In this document: one piece after another, positions 8,976 to 17,047 of the stretch | Position numbering within the stretch: the first letter of the stretch is position 1 | Layout of the letters: the number at the start of each line of letters is the position of its first letter | Assembly: GCA_045046875.1 (NCBI GenBank) | Contig: JASFYY010000037.1 | Coordinates: forward strand, 64,001-128,000 | DNA length: 64,000 nucleotides | Origin: Verrucomicrobiota bacterium | GTDB taxonomy: Bacteria; Verrucomicrobiota; Verrucomicrobiia; Verrucomicrobiales; DEV007 | Direction of reading: 5' to 3' | The notes under the pieces: model-generated | Databases searched by the model: none | Seen by the model: only the letters and a program-made list of their open reading frames with translations | What the model was told of the DNA's origin: nothing | Position numbers and translations under genes: made by a program

Positions 8976-10403
8976 ATGACGCCGGAACAGCGATTTGAGC
9001 CCTCCCAGTCGCAATCGTTGCAACAACAGCAAACGATCGCTCCTCAAATGCAGCAAAGCCTGCAACTGCTGCAGGCTCCGACACTCGAACTGCGCAGCAT
9101 GATCCAGCAAGAACTGGAGACCAACCCCACGCTCGAAGACGAAACCCAGGAAATTTCGCTCGACGAACAACCGCCGCCTGAAGACAACGATGACGGTTTT
9201 GATGAAGAATTTGCCGAGATTTCCCAGCTCGATGACGACTGGCGCGAATACCTTGCCGAAAGCCGCGCTACGACCCCCCGACGCGATGATGCCGACGAAA
9301 AACACCAATACTTGATCGACTCGCTGTTCGAGAAAAAGACTCTGCAAGAGCATCTGATGGATCAACTCGGACTCGCCGACCCCAGCCCCGAACTGCGTAA
9401 AGTCGGCCAGATCCTGATCGGTAGCATCGACAACAACGGCTTCCTGCAGACTCCGTTGGACGATTTGTGTTTTCAATTGGGCATCCCCCTGCCCGACCTG
9501 GAAGAAGCGCTCGCCATCATCCAAGGATTTGATCCAGTCGGAGTGGGAGCTATCGATCTCCGGGATTGCCTATTGATCCAACTGCGTCGACTAGGCAAGG
9601 AAAACAGCCTCGACTACCGCATCATCGATCAGCATCTCGACGACTTGGCGCGCAAACGCTTTCCCGCCATCGCTCGAAAACTCAAAGTCACCCCTGACAA
9701 CGTCAATCGCAGCGCCACTTTCATCGCCACCCTCGATCCCAAACCCGGCAGTCGTTTTGCTGCCGATACCAACAGCTACGTCACCGCCGATGTGACTGTC
9801 GAAAGAACTCGCAATGGGAGCTACACCATCAGCCTCGACAACGAGCAAATCCCCCGTCTGCGTATCAGCTCAGTTTATAAGGAAATCATGGCGCAGTCCA
9901 GTCGTGACAAAAATGCCCGCGCTTACATCCGTGACAAAATCCGCAGCGGAAAATTTCTCATTCACAGCATCCGCCAACGCCAGCAGACCATTGAAAAAAT
10001 CGCCCGCGAAATTGTTAACCGCCAAAAAGAGTTTTTCGACCAGGGCCCGGCCCATCTCAAACCAATGAACATGTCCCAGATCGCTGAGATCGTCGGTGTG
10101 CACGAAACCACCGTCAGTCGCGCCGTCTCAGGCAAATACATGGCCACCCCGCACGGACTTTTTGAGATGAAATACTTTTTTACCTCCGGATACGAAACGG
10201 AATCCGGAGAATCCCTCAGCAATACCAGCGTCAAACAAGCCCTCGCCCAGATTGTCGAAAACGAAGACCCTAAAAAACCGCTCAGCGACGAAAAACTGGT
10301 CAAGGAACTCAAGGAGCAAGGTATCAAAATCGCCCGCCGCACCATCGCCAAATACCGCGACGCACTCGGCATCCTGCCCTCCCACCTACGAAAATCCTAC
10401 TAA
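8976..10403 (+). CDS. rpoN: RNA polymerase sigma-54 factor
   Basis: Gln/Leu-rich region I, HETTVSRAV HTH, RpoN box ARRTIAKYR. Confidence 0.98.
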   Translation: MTPEQRFEPSQSQSLQQQQTIAPQMQQSLQLLQAPTLELRSMIQQELETNPTLEDETQEISLDEQPPPEDNDDGFDEEFAEISQLDDDWREYLAESRATTPRRDDADEKHQYLIDSLFEKKTLQEHLMDQLGLADPSPELRKVGQILIGSIDNNGFLQTPLDDLCFQLGIPLPDLEEALAIIQGFDPVGVGAIDLRDCLLIQLRRLGKENSLDYRIIDQHLDDLARKRFPAIARKLKVTPDNVNRSATFIATLDPKPGSRFAADTNSYVTADVTVERTRNGSYTISLDNEQIPRLRISSVYKEIMAQSSRDKNARAYIRDKIRSGKFLIHSIRQRQQTIEKIAREIVNRQKEFFDQGPAHLKPMNMSQIAEIVGVHETTVSRAVSGKYMATPHGLFEMKYFFTSGYETESGESLSNTSVKQALAQIVENEDPKKPLSDEKLVKELKEQGIKIARRTIAKYRDALGILPSHLRKSY

Positions 10404-10526
10404 GAATAAAATCCCCCTCTATCGCCGCCAAAATACGATCTCCTCATTTTTTCATAGCCAATTTCCTATTTGTGCCTATTGGTGTCCCTTAGTGGTTCCC
10501 TTCATTTTTAGCCATCCATACATTCC

Positions 10527-11591
10527 ATGATCACAGAAGAAAGCGTAAAAGAAAAACTCGGACAGGTGAACTATCCAGGATTCAGCCGGGACATTGTCTC
10601 CTTCGGCCTGGTGAAAAGCATCTCGGTCAACGGCGAAGACGTCACCGTCAAAATCGCCATCGCCACCCGCGACCCGAAAATCCCTGCCGACATATATAAA
10701 GCCACCCGTGAAGCGCTCGACGCCATCGAAGGCATCGGCCAGGTGGACGTTGACATCGACATTCAAGAACCCACGCAAAACGCTGCAGCTGCAGGCGCTG
10801 CCGGTGGCCAAGTGGACAAACAAGGCATCCCGGGAATCAAACACGTCATCGCCGTCGCCAGCGGCAAAGGCGGAGTGGGCAAATCCACCGTCGCCTCCAA
10901 TCTTGCTATTGCCCTGCACAAAAGCGGAGCCAAAGTCGGCCTCTGTGACTGCGACCTCTACGGTCCCAGCATGCCCACCATGTTCGGCTCTAACGAACAA
11001 CCAATGGCCACCCACGATAACCGCATCATCCCCATCGAAGCCCACGGACTCAAGATCATCTCGATGGGATTCCTACTGCAAGATGATTCTCCAGTCATCG
11101 TCCGTGGTCCACTGGCGACCAAATACACCCAACAATTTCTCCGCCAGGTGGAATGGGGTGAACTGGATTATCTCATTCTCGACCTGCCTCCCGGCACCGG
11201 CGACATCCAACTCACCATCGTGCAGACCGTCGCCCTCGATGGCGCCCTCATCGTTACCACACCGCAGGAAGTGGCGCTCATCGATGCCCGTAAAGGCACC
11301 GCCATGTTTGCCAAAGTCAACGTGCCGATTCTGGGTATGATCGAAAACATGAGCTGGTTCGACTGCCCCAGTGACGGCGAACGTTATTACATCTTTGGTC
11401 AGGACGGCGGCAAAAAAGAAGCCGAACGTCTCGGCGTGCCGCTGATCGGCCAGATCCCGATCAACATCGAAACCCGCGAGTGTGGTGACCAGGGACAACC
11501 CATCGCCCTGCTGCCACCCGAACGCAACACCGTCAGCGCCGCCTTCAGCGAAATCGCCAATCAAATTCGCGCAAAAGTCGAAGTCGGCTAA
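10527..11591 (+). CDS. mrp: Mrp/ApbC/NBP35 Fe-S cluster carrier ATPase
   Basis: N-terminal FeS-assembly (DUF59-like) domain, SGKGGVGKST, DLPPGTGD, ENMSWFDC. Confidence 0.95.
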   Translation: MITEESVKEKLGQVNYPGFSRDIVSFGLVKSISVNGEDVTVKIAIATRDPKIPADIYKATREALDAIEGIGQVDVDIDIQEPTQNAAAAGAAGGQVDKQGIPGIKHVIAVASGKGGVGKSTVASNLAIALHKSGAKVGLCDCDLYGPSMPTMFGSNEQPMATHDNRIIPIEAHGLKIISMGFLLQDDSPVIVRGPLATKYTQQFLRQVEWGELDYLILDLPPGTGDIQLTIVQTVALDGALIVTTPQEVALIDARKGTAMFAKVNVPILGMIENMSWFDCPSDGERYYIFGQDGGKKEAERLGVPLIGQIPINIETRECGDQGQPIALLPPERNTVSAAFSEIANQIRAKVEVG

Positions 11592-11609
11592 ACATTGACT
11601 TTCCTAAAT

Positions 11610-11986
11610 CCCCTCCCTCCTCAGCGTGGCATGGATTGGCAATCCGTGTTCTCCCATACCTCCCCCCAACCCACCACGCAATACCATTGCGTCCCACTTT
11701 CACCTCCCCCCTCCCTCCTCAGCGTAGCATGGATTGGCAATCCGTGTTCTCCCATACCTCCCCCCAACCCACGCAATACCATTGCGTCCCACTTTCACCT
11801 CCCCCCTCCCTCCTCAGCGTAGCATGGATTGGCAATCCGTGTTCTCCCATACCTCCCCCCAATCCACGCAATACCATTGCGTCCCACTTTCACCTCCCCC
11901 CTCCCTCCTCAGCGTAGCATGGATTGGCAATCCGTGTTCTTCCATACCTCCCCCCAATCCACGCAATACCATTGCGTCCCACTTTC
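11610..11986. repeat. Tandem array of 4 near-identical ~95-bp units, each with two inverted REP-like hairpins (BIME-like)
   Basis: GT(A/G)G-CATGGATTGGCAATCCGTG starts at 11626, 11724, 11819 and 11914 (periods 98, 95, 95); each unit also has ACGCAATACCATTGCGT-CCCAC (GTGG plus hairpin on the minus strand). Confidence 0.9.
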
Positions 11987-12064
11987 CCTACCCCTGCCTT
12001 CCCATGCTATTTTGCAAGACAAGCTTTCATGTTGCCTCATGCCTTATTTTTTTCACATACATGC

Positions 12065-12090
12065 GCAACCTTTTGCAAAACCCGTGGTTC
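12065..12090 (+). promoter_or_regulatory. Putative ECF-sigma promoter
   Basis: GCAACC-N16-GTTC upstream of the EF-hand gene; similar element at 44758. Confidence 0.4.
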
Positions 12091-12146
12091 AAGCCTCTAC
12101 AGCATCACTACAGAAAGTGATCTCAATCTTAAACCCCAGTTAAAAC

Positions 12147-12572
12147 ATGAAAAACAAATGGATCACCGCAGCGATCGCTGCCAGCACAATCACACTCATC
12201 GGCACCAGCAATCTCCTCGCCGAAAAAAAGGGTGACGGCAAAGGCAAGCCCAAGCATGCAGAAATGCGCAAAAAAATGCTCGAAAAATTCGATGCCGACG
12301 GCGACGGCAAACTCAATGAAGCCGAACGAGCCAAAGCCAAAGCAACCATGCAAAAAAGAGGCGCCGAGAAATTCGCCAAAGCAGACAAAAACGGCGACGG
12401 CAAACTCAGCAAAGACGAAGTGCCCGCCGAAGCTTGGGCCCGCATGTCCAAAGCCGACAAAGACGGCGACGGAGCCGTAAGCAAAGAAGAAATGAAAGCC
12501 GCTCACACTGCCCGTCACGGTAAAGGGGCAGCTAAAAAAACAGGCAAAGGCAAAAAGCCCGCTGATTCCTAA
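12147..12572 (+). CDS. Secreted EF-hand Ca-binding protein
   Basis: Signal peptide; DADGDGKLNEAE, DKNGDGKLSKDE, DKDGDGAVSKEE loops. Confidence 0.9.
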   Translation: MKNKWITAAIAASTITLIGTSNLLAEKKGDGKGKPKHAEMRKKMLEKFDADGDGKLNEAERAKAKATMQKRGAEKFAKADKNGDGKLSKDEVPAEAWARMSKADKDGDGAVSKEEMKAAHTARHGKGAAKKTGKGKKPADS

Positions 12573-12599
12573 AACACGCTCCCAACTAAGCCCTCTCAA

Positions 12600-12643
12600 G
12601 ACTCCGCTCTGCGCCTGGTAAAAGGCGCGGTCGGAGTTCTTTT
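12600..12643 (+). terminator. Rho-independent terminator after EF-hand gene
   Basis: GACTCCG..GCGCCT / AGGCGC..CGGAGTT stem followed by CTTTT. Confidence 0.6.
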
Positions 12644-12867
12644 GTATAAAGTATTTCTCAGACAGTAATCTCGATTGCCATACAGAAAGTGCCCAGCTAT
12701 TGGCTACCGCAGAGCGCTGCAACAAATCTATTTCGTTACCACGCCATTCCCGCCATCAACACTGACTTGAAAAAGCTGAAATTCTTCGCCCTTACAATAA
12801 CTACACGAAAATTTGAATAGAAAAATAGAATTGATCTTACCGTAAATTCAGTTAATCTCTGGCTTTC

Positions 12868-15009
12868 ATGAGACTGCTGGCGTTGACCATATTTTTAGGA
12901 GCTTTTTTGATTTTTCAAGTAGAGCCCCTCATCGCCAACTACATATTACCTTGGTTTGGTGGCAGTTCAGAAGTCTGGACGGCTTGCATGCTCTTTTTTC
13001 AATCTGCCTTATTCACTGGCTATGCTTACGCGCATTTCATTGCCGGGCATTTCAAACTGAAAAACCAAGTCATAATTCATTCGGCAGTATTACTGTTTAG
13101 TGTTTTATGGCTACCTATCACCCCTCCAGAGGCACTGAGGCCTGATACGGTAGCGGCTCCTGTTTTGTTAGTGCTGTTAGTTTTAACGGTTAGTGTGGGA
13201 TGGCCATTTTTTGTCATTTCATCAACGACCCCGCTGTTGCAAAGCTGGCTCACCAAAGCTTATCCCAAACATTCTCCCTACCGTCTATATGCCTTATCTA
13301 ACGCCGGTTCGCTATTGAGCCTGATTGCCTACCCGTTCGTTGTGGAGCCTTGGTTAAGCCTACCTGATCAAACCCAGGTTTGGTCTATAGCTTATCTCGG
13401 ATTTGTTATATTCAGTATATTCACCGGGGCAAAAGTTTGGAGAAACGCGCAAAATACAATCCCCTCCTCTGTTACGGCTATGGGATCACCCAAGTCAAGA
13501 CAAGTTGCCACACCTATAGATTCATCTGAAAGCATAAAATTTAACATCATATTATGGCTAGCAATGAGCGCCTGTGGATCAGTCATGCTGTTGGCTGTCA
13601 CTAATCAGTTGTGCCAAATTGTGGCATCCGTCCCTTTCCTCTGGGTCTTACCATTAGGCATATACCTACTGAGCTTTATTTTTGCATTTGCTGCCGACAG
13701 TTGGTACCGTCGTGAAGTATTTGGCTTGCTTTGGATAGTTGCGTTAGGTTTCGGGTTTTGGCTTGATCTCGGAGCCTTTACTATAGAAGGAGTTAAGCCG
13801 CAAATTGCAGTATATTGCTTTATTTTGTTTGTTTGCTGCATGGTTTGTCATGGTGAATTAGCGCACCTGCGCCCCAATGCTAAAAAACTAACATTATATT
13901 ATCTCGTCATTTCACTAGGCGGATTTCTAGGAGGGGTATCGGTTGCTTTGGTGGCTCCTGCAATTTTTACGTTTTTCTACGAATTTTATTTCGGCCTTAT
14001 TGGCAGCGGAGTCATTTTATTGGTAATGTTAAGAAGAGATCACTGGAAAAAGCTCAGTAAGCCTAAATTAAGGATAAGCGTTCTTAAAACATGCCTGCTT
14101 ATTCTAGTGATGATTTTATTAGTGGGCGGAGCCTCAGCGGTTAAGGAACGCAATAGTTTTCAAACGAAGGAAACTATTGCCGTACATCGCGATTTTTATG
14201 GAATCGTAAAAGTTCAAAGAGAGCAGGGCTATAAAAAAAATGATACCGTGATCTCATTTGTGAACGGCAATACGGTTCACGGTTTTCAATTTGAAAGCGA
14301 ATCGAAAAGGACGATCCCAGTTTGTTATTATGAGCGATCTTCTGGCATAGGGTTAGCCGTTGATTTTCACTCCAAGCGGATAAAAAACGAACCTTTGAAA
14401 GTCGGACTAATCGGGTTAGGAGTCGGAACTCTAGCCGCTTATGCCAATAAAGGAGATGAGTTTTTATTTTATGAAATAAACCCTAGTGTAGAAGTGATTG
14501 CTCGACAGTATTTCACCTATTTAAACGATGCAGAAGCGCGCGGCGCACAAATAGAGATTAAATTGGGAGATGCACGCCTGTCTCTGGAACGAAGTTTGAA
14601 AGTTGATAAACCTATAAAATTTGACCTTCTAGTGCTCGATGCTTTCAATAGTGATTCTGTACCGGTGCACCTCTTAACTCTGGAAGCTTTTGATTTGTAT
14701 AGAAAACACCTCCAAAAAAACGGAATAATCGCCATCCACGTTTCCAATCGTTATTTAGATTTAACCTCAGTGGTGAGATCTTCTTTATCTAAGAGCCCTC
14801 TTGAAGTCATTCAAATTGTCAGTTCATCGACCAACTTAGCCCTATTGCCTGAAAATACGACCATAGACAGCGATTGGATTCTAGCCACCGGTGATCCGGA
14901 GTTTCTCAAGCGTCCTGAAATAAAAAACGCAACGAGCTCCTGGCCTAAAAATGCCAAAATGATTCGTTGGACAGATCATTTCAGTAGTTTGTTTCATGTG
15001 CTGAAATAG
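12868..15009 (+). CDS. Fused multi-TM membrane / spermidine-synthase-like SAM-binding protein
   Basis: About 12 TM segments (LPWFGG, PYRLYALSNAGSL, CHGEL) then IGLGVGTLAAY, YEINP, GDARLSL, DAFNSDSVPVHLLT, WTDHFSSL. Confidence 0.9.
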   Translation: MRLLALTIFLGAFLIFQVEPLIANYILPWFGGSSEVWTACMLFFQSALFTGYAYAHFIAGHFKLKNQVIIHSAVLLFSVLWLPITPPEALRPDTVAAPVLLVLLVLTVSVGWPFFVISSTTPLLQSWLTKAYPKHSPYRLYALSNAGSLLSLIAYPFVVEPWLSLPDQTQVWSIAYLGFVIFSIFTGAKVWRNAQNTIPSSVTAMGSPKSRQVATPIDSSESIKFNIILWLAMSACGSVMLLAVTNQLCQIVASVPFLWVLPLGIYLLSFIFAFAADSWYRREVFGLLWIVALGFGFWLDLGAFTIEGVKPQIAVYCFILFVCCMVCHGELAHLRPNAKKLTLYYLVISLGGFLGGVSVALVAPAIFTFFYEFYFGLIGSGVILLVMLRRDHWKKLSKPKLRISVLKTCLLILVMILLVGGASAVKERNSFQTKETIAVHRDFYGIVKVQREQGYKKNDTVISFVNGNTVHGFQFESESKRTIPVCYYERSSGIGLAVDFHSKRIKNEPLKVGLIGLGVGTLAAYANKGDEFLFYEINPSVEVIARQYFTYLNDAEARGAQIEIKLGDARLSLERSLKVDKPIKFDLLVLDAFNSDSVPVHLLTLEAFDLYRKHLQKNGIIAIHVSNRYLDLTSVVRSSLSKSPLEVIQIVSSSTNLALLPENTTIDSDWILATGDPEFLKRPEIKNATSSWPKNAKMIRWTDHFSSLFHVLK

Positions 15010-15514
15010 CTAGCACTTATATAAAAATTCTTAATTCATCTTAACCCGCAACGTTCTTAGCCGCAAAGAACTCCCAAACCATATTGAGAAATAGTTTTAC
15101 CCCTAGAGAGCAAAAATACTCGAATTCGTAATCCGAAAAACCCTCAAACTCGTCAGCAAATGTATCACCCATGACAACAAGCGTAAGCGTCTTATATTCC
15201 GCCCCTCCGTGCCGGTGTCCAAATCGGGCGAGATGACTTCAGTCCAGTGTTCGGAAAGCAGTTATGAACTCAGCAGCCAAAGGAATGGCTGCCTGATGCT
15301 CAATCAATACACTCAAACCTTCACTGTAGAAAATAACCAGGCGTGGGTGCGGTGAGGCGACAAAGCTCACATCCGGCCCCGTGGTTTTGACACGCGGCAC
15401 CGCTGAGGTTCCGAATAAGAAATAGGCTTTACTACTGGGCAGCTGAGATTGGTGTCCCGCGCAGGGCAACTCCAAATATCGTAGACACGGTTTGATAAAC
15501 CATGTTGCTACTAC

Positions 15515-15907
15515 TTATTGATCGAATCTGACCACAGACGAATCCTCCCGGGCTTCAACCACCTTTTTAAAAGATTGCGATTCATGGGCTCGTTGCTCTG
15601 CTATTAATAGATCCACTACCATCCCATAGCTGCGGATACCCGCGGGTTGTCGCTGCACTTTGAGGTAGGTATCGTTTACTTTCCTATTTACCTGCCTTAC
15701 GATCCTTTTAGTTGATGTAGTTTTTTTCCACCAAAACGATGAGATAAATCTAATATCTCGATTAATTCCAGGATCAATACTTGAGCCCAGCTCTCTATAA
15801 CAATCTATGTCTGCCCTGGCTAGAGCAGGCAAGGCGTAGGTTAGCATTCTCAATACACCCGAATATTGAAAATCAATGTCTGGGTGACTCTTACAAGCCA
15901 GAAAACC
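15515..15907 (-). pseudogene. 5'-truncated remnant of a DUF3810-like gene
   Basis: GFLACKSHPDIDFQYSG...NDTYLKVQRQPAGIRSYGMVVDLLIA matches the recalled DUF3810 C-terminus; similarity stops abruptly 6 bp before the TIR gene ATG. Confidence 0.65.
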
Positions 15908-15913
15908 TGAACC

Positions 15914-16759
15914 ATGCTTGAAAAGATCGCAGTTATATCCTATCGACGTGAAGACAGTGTGGACGTGACTGGCCGTATCTACGACCGTTTGATCGTAGCC
16001 TTCGGAAAAAAGGCCATCTTCAAGGATATGGAATGCATTCCGTTGGGGGTTCATTTTGCGGAACACATTTCCTCGACCATCGAAAAATGTCATGTGGTGC
16101 TTGCCGTCATCGGAAAGCAGTGGTGGGGACGTGACGAAACCAATGGTCAGCGCCGCATTGATGAAACTGAAGATTTTGTGCGGCTTGAGATTGAAGAGGC
16201 ATTCAAACATAAAATCCCGGTGATCCCCCTACTGATCAAAGGCAGTAACATGCCCGAAGAAAACGAGCTTCCTAAAAGCCTGAAACGGCTGGCCTTTTGC
16301 AATGGGATCCCAGTGAGGTCCGACCCAGATTTCCATCGGGACGTGGACACCTTGATTGCGGGTCTTGAGCGGCTGGGTTTCCAAAGGCAGGATACGAACC
16401 CAGCGGCCAATTTAGTCAACCTGCCAACCGAGATATCAGCCAATCTACACACGGGCACCGGGAGCATCCCCATATTACAAGTTCCCTTCACCATAGGACG
16501 CCATGTCTGTAATTCACTAACCCTGCCCAACAACAATGTCAGCAAGCGCCATGCGCGCATCACCCTCGCTAATAAACGCTTTTACCTGGAAGACCTCGGC
16601 AGCACCAATGGGGTTTATATCATCCAGGAGCAGGAAGCTATCAAACTACGCACAGATGAGCAATTCCCCCTGAACTTCAGAACCTGTATCCGCTTGGGGA
16701 AAAATGATACCGCCCCGCTGCTGACGTTCGAGCTAGAAGAACAGACTATTATTGAGTGA
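15914..16759 (+). CDS. TIR domain + FHA domain protein
   Basis: ISYRREDS..GRIYDRL...FKD..IPLG..F...VLAVIG..W...DFVRLEIEEA (TIR_2); FTIGRH...VSKRHARI...LEDLGSTNG (FHA). Confidence 0.9.
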   Translation: MLEKIAVISYRREDSVDVTGRIYDRLIVAFGKKAIFKDMECIPLGVHFAEHISSTIEKCHVVLAVIGKQWWGRDETNGQRRIDETEDFVRLEIEEAFKHKIPVIPLLIKGSNMPEENELPKSLKRLAFCNGIPVRSDPDFHRDVDTLIAGLERLGFQRQDTNPAANLVNLPTEISANLHTGTGSIPILQVPFTIGRHVCNSLTLPNNNVSKRHARITLANKRFYLEDLGSTNGVYIIQEQEAIKLRTDEQFPLNFRTCIRLGKNDTAPLLTFELEEQTIIE

Positions 16760-16854
16760 TACCTCGAACCTCAATAATAGTTCGCATTTGACTCAACGTG
16801 GCGACCGGTTCGCGAATCATTTTTTGCTGAAGCGAACTTTGAAAGTAATGCTCT

Positions 16855-16938
16855 AATGGGCTCAGAATGGGCTCAGTCGGAAAATTTGGAGTTAATGTGT
16901 AAAACTCCAAATTCCCATAAGTCGTTGATTATAAAAAG
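16855..16938. mobile_element. Attachment-site-like remnant next to the tRNA-Leu 3' end
   Basis: Tandem direct repeat AATGGGCTCAG x2 (16855-16876), inverted repeat AATTTGGAGTT/AACTCCAAATT (16883-16913) and TAAGTCGTTGATTAT abutting the tRNA; no integrase seen. Confidence 0.5.
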
Positions 16939-17023
16939 TGCCGACGGCGGGAATCGAACCCGCACTCCCAAAATGAGAAGCAGATTTTAAGTCTGCTGCG
17001 TCTACCAATTCCGCCACATCGGC
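16939..17023 (-). tRNA. tRNA-Leu (anticodon TAA), CCA not encoded
   Basis: Reverse complement GCCGATGTGGCGGAATTGGTAGACGCAGCAGACTTAAAATCTGC...GGGTTCGATTCCCGCCGTCGGCA; long variable arm, TTCGA T-loop. Confidence 0.97.
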
Positions 17024-17047
17024 TCGGCAGTCTTTTCTTACTTCATC

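Noticed and set aside
11610..11986. CRISPR array interpretation of the tandem repeat
   Set aside because: The sequences between hairpins are nearly identical rather than unique spacers, and no cas genes are present.
11595..12235. Pro-rich ORFs over the repeat array
   Set aside because: They are translations of the C-rich DNA repeat in several frames with no coding signal.
15515..16210. 231-aa minus-strand ORF as a real gene
   Set aside because: Its N-terminal part is the antisense of the TIR domain; only the distal DUF3810-like part looks protein-like.
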